A stretch of DNA of 64,000 nucleotides from Candidatus Fermentibacterota bacterium (GTDB lineage: Bacteria > Fermentibacterota > Fermentibacteria > Fermentibacterales > JCC-6): contig CAWJQI010000001.1 of NCBI GenBank assembly GCA_963845085.1, positions 96,001-160,000 on the forward strand, read 5' to 3'. The position numbers and the translations under genes are program-made. This document shows positions 58,267 to 64,000 of this stretch, in pieces. Each line of letters opens with the position of its first letter. Position 1 is the stretch's first letter. The notes below the pieces were generated by a model. The model ran no database searches and was not told where the DNA came from. It saw only the letters and a list, made by a program, of their open reading frames with translations.

Positions 58267-59319
58267 GTGGATTTCAAATCGCAGTTCCTCATGGGAGTTG
58301 GTGCTCTCAGGGGGCGGCTGGGGGCAAGGATCCCCCTGAACGTGATGATATCGGTCACCGACAACTGCCCGAGTCGGTGCAACTACTGCAGCATCCCTTC
58401 GCGCTGCCGTCCCGACCTCTCCACTGATGACTGGAAGAAGCTGCTGAGGGAAATGCGTGCGGCTGGAACCATGAGGATCGGCGTCTGGGGAGGAGAACCC
58501 CTGACCCGCCGCGACATCGTCGAGCTCTGCGGTTTTGCCCGGGACCTGGGAATGTATGTGAGCATCGATTCAAACGGATACCTGATCCCCTCGCGTCCAG
58601 AAATCCTCGAAGCGGTGGATCATGTCGTTCTCTCCCTCGACGGCCCCCCCCATGCCCACGATGCAAACAGGGAGCTCGGAAGCTGGCTCAGAACCATGGA
58701 GGCTGTAAAACTTTGCTCAGGCAGGGTCCGCCTCTGGACCATCACCGTCCTCACATCGAACAACATAAATGAGCTGGACTGGATAATGAGCACTGCCGAG
58801 GAGTACGGCTTCATGACCACATTCCAGACGCTCCATCACAACGACTCCCTGGGCGGTGACACCACGGCGATGCGCCCATCCAACGACGAGTACAGGCTCG
58901 CCTTCAGAAAACTGCTCGCAATGAAGAAAAAGGGTGCTCCCATAGCGCTGAGCAATGGTTTCCTCGAAAAGATAGCGAATTGGCCCGATTTCACCTGCAC
59001 GAGGCTTCCCGAGAGGTTCTACGGTCCCGCGTGCAGCGCGGGAAGGATGTTCTGCAACGTGGACGTGGATGGCAGGGTCTACCCCTGTTCGCTTCTGATC
59101 GGCGAGTATCCCGGAGCCCTGAACGCGCTCGAAGTCGGCTTTGCAAAGGCCTTCAGCGCCACAGCCTTACTCCCATGCCAGGCGTGCACCGCAAGCTGCT
59201 ACCCCGAGTACAACTTTTTGTACGGCCTGTATCCGTCGGTTGCCCTGGACTGGCACAGAAGTGTCGGCAGAACCGACACGATGAGGAAAAAGGCATCTGA
59301 AAAGGCCGCCCCCGGGTAG
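58267..59319 (+). CDS. Radical SAM protein with SPASM/Twitch-like domain
   Basis: CPSRCNYC, GGEP, SNG, SLDG and C.AG.......DG.VYPC...CQACTASC. GTG start follows GAGGAG. Confidence 0.9.
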   Translation: MDFKSQFLMGVGALRGRLGARIPLNVMISVTDNCPSRCNYCSIPSRCRPDLSTDDWKKLLREMRAAGTMRIGVWGGEPLTRRDIVELCGFARDLGMYVSIDSNGYLIPSRPEILEAVDHVVLSLDGPPHAHDANRELGSWLRTMEAVKLCSGRVRLWTITVLTSNNINELDWIMSTAEEYGFMTTFQTLHHNDSLGGDTTAMRPSNDEYRLAFRKLLAMKKKGAPIALSNGFLEKIANWPDFTCTRLPERFYGPACSAGRMFCNVDVDGRVYPCSLLIGEYPGALNALEVGFAKAFSATALLPCQACTASCYPEYNFLYGLYPSVALDWHRSVGRTDTMRKKASEKAAPG

Positions 59320-59337
59320 TAGCCTGCCCGGGGGCGG
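59306..59337. terminator. Hairpin between convergent genes
   Basis: CCGCCCCCGGGTAG-TAGC-CTGCCCGGGGGCGG. Confidence 0.6.
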
Positions 59338-59343
59338 AAGAGC

Positions 59344-60000
59344 CTACTGAAGCTGGAACCTGTACTGAAGGGTGGTCCACACGGCTGTGGAGATGTTGTT
59401 GTTCCTGGCCGGGGTCCAGCGGGTGTTCCATGCCGCCGCCATGGCGGCCTCATCGAGGGAGCTCACTTCACTGGACATGTAGAGCTGCACCTGCTCAACG
59501 TTCCCGTTGGTATTGACGTACACCCAGAGGGTCACGGTTCCCTCGATTCCAGCCATCTTCGCCATTTCGGGGTATGTGGGGGAAGGCATGAATGTGCAGA
59601 TCGGGAACACCTCCGCGGGCATGAACCTCGGAGGCCCGGCGCCTTCTGACCCGTCGGGCAGCTGGTTGGGGTTGCCCTCAACGGTGTCGACGATGGAGAG
59701 GCCCAGCGTATCCGAGTTCAAGTTGATCGTCACATCGGGGGAGATGTCTCTGACGACCTCCTCAATCTGCGAATTCAAGAGATCCTGCTGTTCCTCGACC
59801 TCGTCCTGCTGTTCCTCCACCGAGGTGTCGAAGGGGAGAAATGTATCGACTGCCTCCATGACGTTGTCGGTCGTCCTCACCGCAAGCCTGCCCAGTTCCG
59901 AAGCCGGGCAGAACTGGAACATCAGATTGACGAGCAGCAGCCCTGTCATGACACCCACATCGATGCCGGGGGAGTAATCCTGTCTTCTCGCTACGCTCAT
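59344..60000 (-). CDS. TonB family energy transducer
   Basis: N-terminal TM after a GGAGG RBS. C-terminal P.YPE.A...GIEGTV...G.V...LDEAA..A....W.PA. Confidence 0.88.
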   Translation of the reverse strand: MSVARRQDYSPGIDVGVMTGLLLVNLMFQFCPASELGRLAVRTTDNVMEAVDTFLPFDTSVEEQQDEVEEQQDLLNSQIEEVVRDISPDVTINLNSDTLGLSIVDTVEGNPNQLPDGSEGAGPPRFMPAEVFPICTFMPSPTYPEMAKMAGIEGTVTLWVYVNTNGNVEQVQLYMSSEVSSLDEAAMAAAWNTRWTPARNNNISTAVWTTLQYRFQLQ

Positions 60001-60046
60001 TTCCGCACCTCCTTTCTCTGACTGAAGTACGAAAACAGGCGCACTT

Positions 60047-60370
60047 CTATTCCACGCCGGGCTTTTCCTCATTCGGCGGGTACTTCCTTGCGTTCCTGCC
60101 GATCTTGTCGATGACCGCATTCTCGGGGTCGATCCCCAGAACATCGAACAACCTGAGCGCATAGATGGTGATGTCGGCCAGCTCCTCGCCGGCGTGGACC
60201 TTCTGTTGCGCAGTCAGGTTCATGCTTTCCGAGTTGGTCATCCACTGGAAGATCTCCATGAGCTCAGCCGCTTCAACGGCAAGGGCCATTGAAAGGTTCT
60301 TGGGAGTGTGGTACTGCTCCCATCCCCTCTCCTCCGAGAAGGATCGAATGCTTTTCTTCAGCTCTTTCAT
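60047..60370 (-). CDS. MazG-like nucleotide pyrophosphohydrolase (DCTPP1-like)
   Basis: Motifs ERGWEQYHTPKNL, E..EL.EIFQW, EELAD and N..KYP. Confidence 0.92.
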   Translation of the reverse strand: MKELKKSIRSFSEERGWEQYHTPKNLSMALAVEAAELMEIFQWMTNSESMNLTAQQKVHAGEELADITIYALRLFDVLGIDPENAVIDKIGRNARKYPPNEEKPGVE

Positions 60371-60371
60371 A

Positions 60372-62246
60372 TCAGTCCAGTAAAAGCAGCCGGGCAACCT
60401 GTCTCAGGTTGCCGGGCGCCCTGACTTCGAGAAAGTAGGTGCCGGACGGCAGAACACCGAGTGAAATTGAGCGGTTTCCGGGCGTGAGGACATCATGTGC
60501 GACCATCCGCCCCGAAACATCGTAGAGGGACGCTTCAAGGGTGCAGCCTTCAGTGCCCCTCCAGTCGATCCAGGCGGTTCCCGAGCAGGGATTCGGGGAG
60601 ACCCAGAGGGGATATGTCCCGCCTGGCGGTGGTGAGGGAAGCTCATCGACGCCCAGCACCATGTTGCTGAGAATCTTGACTGAGGGATCAAAAGTCACCG
60701 ACACGGGGTCGAATGAGGTTTCAAAGATCACGGTCTGGTCCTGCGAGTCGTTCCACATCGTGACGAGGGTGTCCTGGCCACCTCCCTCGATCAGGAATTC
60801 GATCGGCATCGTGAAAAACGTGCCGAAATCCTGTGCCTGGTGAACGGTCACCTGCACCTGTCCTGGGGCGAACTGGTATGTGATGTCATAGACCGGATAT
60901 CCCCAGCCGTGGACCCATTCATCGAAGAACCACGACAGGTCGCCGTAATGGTTCTCGAGATGAGTCTGGAACTCCTCGGTTGATGTCAGCCCGAATTCGA
61001 AGGCGTCGAAGTAGTCTCCCAGTGCCGCGAAAAATGCGCTGTCGCCCATGAGCATTCTGAGCATGTGCAGGACGGATGCACCTTTCTGGTACGTCGTGTA
61101 CCCCCAGTACTGCTCCGGGGACGATGGTGAAGAAAGCGGGAACACCTCGCCGCTGTTCAAATATGGTTTCATTATCTCGGATACAACGTAATCAATATAG
61201 GATGCGTAACCGTAGGTCTCCATCCAGAGCGGCTCCCCGTACGTGGCGAACCCTTCGCTGAGCCACACGTCCGACCAGTCCTGCTCGGTGACGCAGTCAC
61301 CCCACCACTGGTGGGTCATCTCGTGTGCAAGGAGCCAGTCATAACCCGTCGTTCCATTGATGGCGCTCGCGATGTGGAAGACTGCCGACTGGTGCTCCAT
61401 GTCACCCTTGGGGGTCTCCACATAACTGAACTTGCATTCCCACGGGTACTGGCCGAAAAGACCCTCAAGCCTCTCCATGATCAATTCGACATTCTGAAAG
61501 CTACCAATGGCGTCCTCGACATCCCAGGAGTAGACGTAGTAAAAAAGCCTGGGGTCATCGGCATCATGCAAAACCTCATAATCGGCCACGCTGATTGCGG
61601 CCAGGTACGTCGACATGGGCAAAGGCTGCACCCAGTGGTACGTCAGCGTTCCATCCCCATTTTGGGTAATACCTGCCGAATCACCGTTTGCCACGGCATA
61701 AAGCGTATCGGGCACAGTGATGTCAAAGGTGAAGCCAGCCTTGTCAGTCGGGTGGTCAACGCAGGGAAACATGCATTTTCCCATGGATGGTTCATCCTGG
61801 TAAAGCCCGACCCCCATCTGGTACGTGACGTAGGGGTGGAACCAGAACCCCCCCCAGGCCTCATGAAACGGCGTTCCCGAGTATGTGATGACCAGCTCGA
61901 CAACGTCCGAGGGGCCTGCAGGCGGAACCAGCGAAATGAGAAGTGAATCACCGGTCTGCGTGTAGGTCATCGGGGCGCCGTCAAATGTGACAGCCGACAC
62001 CTCGAGGTCACGGAGATCGAGAAGAACCTGCCCGAGCGAGCCCTCGGTCGGTACAAGGGTGACTGTGGCTATTCCGGAGAGCACCTGATTGGCAATGTCC
62101 ACGCCGAGATCGAGATCGTACTCGAGTACATCGAACGGCCTTGGCGTATACTCATAATGGGTACTCGTGAAGGGTGATGCCAGCGGCCGTGTCCAGGCCG
62201 AATGATCGGGCATCGGCGAAGCAACAAGGAGCAAAAAGAGAAGCAT
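60372..62246 (-). CDS. M1 family aminopeptidase with T9SS-type CTD
   Basis: Motifs GDMEH, HEMTHQWWG...W.SEGFATY and Y.KG. Tail PNP...YDVSGR...SGTYF. Confidence 0.92.
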   Translation of the reverse strand: MLLFLLLVASPMPDHSAWTRPLASPFTSTHYEYTPRPFDVLEYDLDLGVDIANQVLSGIATVTLVPTEGSLGQVLLDLRDLEVSAVTFDGAPMTYTQTGDSLLISLVPPAGPSDVVELVITYSGTPFHEAWGGFWFHPYVTYQMGVGLYQDEPSMGKCMFPCVDHPTDKAGFTFDITVPDTLYAVANGDSAGITQNGDGTLTYHWVQPLPMSTYLAAISVADYEVLHDADDPRLFYYVYSWDVEDAIGSFQNVELIMERLEGLFGQYPWECKFSYVETPKGDMEHQSAVFHIASAINGTTGYDWLLAHEMTHQWWGDCVTEQDWSDVWLSEGFATYGEPLWMETYGYASYIDYVVSEIMKPYLNSGEVFPLSSPSSPEQYWGYTTYQKGASVLHMLRMLMGDSAFFAALGDYFDAFEFGLTSTEEFQTHLENHYGDLSWFFDEWVHGWGYPVYDITYQFAPGQVQVTVHQAQDFGTFFTMPIEFLIEGGGQDTLVTMWNDSQDQTVIFETSFDPVSVTFDPSVKILSNMVLGVDELPSPPPGGTYPLWVSPNPCSGTAWIDWRGTEGCTLEASLYDVSGRMVAHDVLTPGNRSISLGVLPSGTYFLEVRAPGNLRQVARLLLLD

Positions 62247-63821
62247 TTACTGTTCCTCCCAGTCCAGAAGAAGGCCGTCGATGAATTCACGTATTATGCT
62301 GAGCCTGGGGATCATGCTCTCGCGGATGGGTTCGACGCAGGAGAGCGTCCGGAGAAGCCTGCGTGCGGTGTGGTACTCTGGGCTGCCGGGCTTGACCTCT
62401 TCAAGAAGAGGCTCGGCGTAGGGCTTCAAGGCTGCGAGTTCATAAGGAAGGGAGGAGTTGAACATGAGATCGGCCTCCTCCTGGTACGGGAAGATGTAGC
62501 TCCTTTCTCCCCGGCGCACGCTTGTCCAGCCACTGATGGTCTGCGCCGCGCTGTACCCGCGTGAGAAGCTGTCCCTCACCATCCTTCTGAGCAGCCTGCC
62601 GTCGGATGTCGACATCCTGGTCAGCCTGTCGATGTTCAGCGTGGTGAGTGCGGAGATGTAGACAAGGAACTTCGAGTCCCTGTCCAGCCCGGGGGTCATC
62701 TTCGGGTTGAGTCCGTGGATCCCTTCGATCAGCAGTATGTCATTGGCATTCAGCCGCATCGGTTCAACACCATCCAACCTTACCCCGGAGTTGAAATCGA
62801 ACCGGGGGAGGCGCACCTCCCCCCCTTCGAGCAGCGATTTGAGGTGTTCTCCAAAAAGGTCCGTCGAGAGGGCTTCAAGGCATTCGAAGTTGTAGGAACC
62901 ATCAGCGTTCCTGGGCGTATCCTCCCTGTTCCTGAAATAGTTGTCGACGCTTATCATCCGCGCCCTCAGCCCCTGTGCGGCCAGGTACACCGCGAGCATC
63001 CTGGTAAAGGTGGTCTTGCCGCTGGACGATGGGCCTGCAACCATGACTATCCTCTTGCGGGGGAACTGGTCCGACACCTGGTTCACGATCTGCACTATCC
63101 TGCTGTTCTGGTAGAAATGGCACATCATGACAAGTTCACGGCCGCCGTCCTCCCTGATCCTTCTGTTGAGGGCATCGACCGTCTCGGCTCTCATGACCTT
63201 GAGGTGTCGTTCTTCAAGGTCGAGCTCATGACCGAGTTTCTTCCTGTCGTGCCATGCTGCAATCGATGGCCAGGAACCGGAGCCCGGGAAGCGAAGGAGA
63301 AAGCTTCCACCGAGGGGACGAAGCTCCCACATCGACAGCCACGAGGTGTCGGGGACGGTCGGACCCATGGCGAAGGCCGAGCATTCACCGAGAATGTTGA
63401 GGTGATGCTCGCCTGTTCCCTTGTGCCAGCGCGCGAGCTGACCCGGTTCGCCATCGAGGGACAATGCCTCTTCGGAAGAAAGGATGCGGTGCTCGAATGG
63501 AATCGCTTTCCTGACCACTTCAGAAAGGCAGCTGCTTATCTTTTCCACGACCTCGGCCTGGTTCGTCTGGGTTCCATCGATGAGCCGGCACCGGTATCCG
63601 AGGGAGATCGCATGCTCCACCCACAACCGCGCTTCCGGGAAAGCCATCCTGCATGCCAGCTCGAGGGCAAGAACAAGCCCCCGTCTGTAGACCTCCCGGC
63701 CCTCGTCTGAATCCGGCGGGACATCTTCGCCGCCGAAATCGGACGAGAGCGGTCTGATCAGACCGAGGGAGTCCACCCGGGCGATGGCAGGGGAGGTGAG
63801 AAGCTTTGAATCCTTTGTCAT
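62247..63821 (-). CDS. Uridine kinase / nucleoside kinase family protein with ThrRS-like N-terminal region
   Basis: Motifs AGPSSSGKTT, SVDNYF, EGIHGLN, D.RLLRRMVRD...RGY and GE..YIFPYQE.AD. Confidence 0.88.
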   Translation of the reverse strand: MTKDSKLLTSPAIARVDSLGLIRPLSSDFGGEDVPPDSDEGREVYRRGLVLALELACRMAFPEARLWVEHAISLGYRCRLIDGTQTNQAEVVEKISSCLSEVVRKAIPFEHRILSSEEALSLDGEPGQLARWHKGTGEHHLNILGECSAFAMGPTVPDTSWLSMWELRPLGGSFLLRFPGSGSWPSIAAWHDRKKLGHELDLEERHLKVMRAETVDALNRRIREDGGRELVMMCHFYQNSRIVQIVNQVSDQFPRKRIVMVAGPSSSGKTTFTRMLAVYLAAQGLRARMISVDNYFRNREDTPRNADGSYNFECLEALSTDLFGEHLKSLLEGGEVRLPRFDFNSGVRLDGVEPMRLNANDILLIEGIHGLNPKMTPGLDRDSKFLVYISALTTLNIDRLTRMSTSDGRLLRRMVRDSFSRGYSAAQTISGWTSVRRGERSYIFPYQEEADLMFNSSLPYELAALKPYAEPLLEEVKPGSPEYHTARRLLRTLSCVEPIRESMIPRLSIIREFIDGLLLDWEEQ

Positions 63822-64000
63822 GAAGCATCCTTTCCGGAGTGCCTTGATGCAATGCAATCATAGAGCCACAAGGACCCGGGGGAAAGGAGCGGTTTGAAGG
63901 CAGGCTGCCGGGGTGCGCCTCTCGCATCAAAAGCCGCGAGTGGTTGAACCGGGGCGCCAGGCGTGTACCAATGATGCCATAACAAACCATTGTATGAGGA

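Noticed and set aside
58267..59319. Radical SAM/SPASM as a RiPP maturase
   Set aside because: No precursor peptide, RRE/PqqD domain or dedicated transporter is adjacent.
60047..60370. MazG-like gene as an anti-phage defence component
   Set aside because: The context is housekeeping (peptidase, TonB) with no defence genes. A nucleotide-sanitising role is sufficient.

Overview
A GC-rich, gene-dense 64 kb bacterial chromosome segment with about 55 real genes. Most of the short ORFs in the track are antisense or out-of-frame shadows. Five secreted proteins end in a FlgD-Ig/T9SS-type C-terminal domain, and the metabolism is anaerobic. This suggests an FCB-group anaerobe such as Ca. Fermentibacterota (inference, no search run). 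Left to right the window holds: a CoA-enzyme activase that runs off the left edge and is missing from the ORF track; two coupled PPDK_N ATP-grasp proteins, the second with GAF-like and nucleotidyltransferase domains, converging on a metallophosphoesterase and glutamate dehydrogenase; an operon of two NPP/alkaline-phosphatase-family enzymes, a DUF106/EMC3-like membrane protein and a 65-aa 'LGY'-tailed protein; secreted propeller proteins; an NAD-linked formate dehydrogenase operon with an OFA transporter, fdhD and mobA; rocD; copA; an ABC exporter cluster; tex; an orphan fusA; a C25 peptidase; msrAB; the smpB-amidase-murI-rph-rdgB cluster; tRNA-Leu(CAG); rmlC; nth; a radical SAM enzyme; TonB; an M1 peptidase; and a uridine-kinase-family gene. 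Two genes carry single-base frameshifts. I saw no CRISPR array, integrase or transposase. The best candidates for undescribed systems are (1) the PPDK_N/NTase-phosphoesterase-GDH module, (2) the NPP pair plus EMC3-like plus LGY operon, and (3) a ~335 nt highly base-paired intergenic element at 55704-56037.
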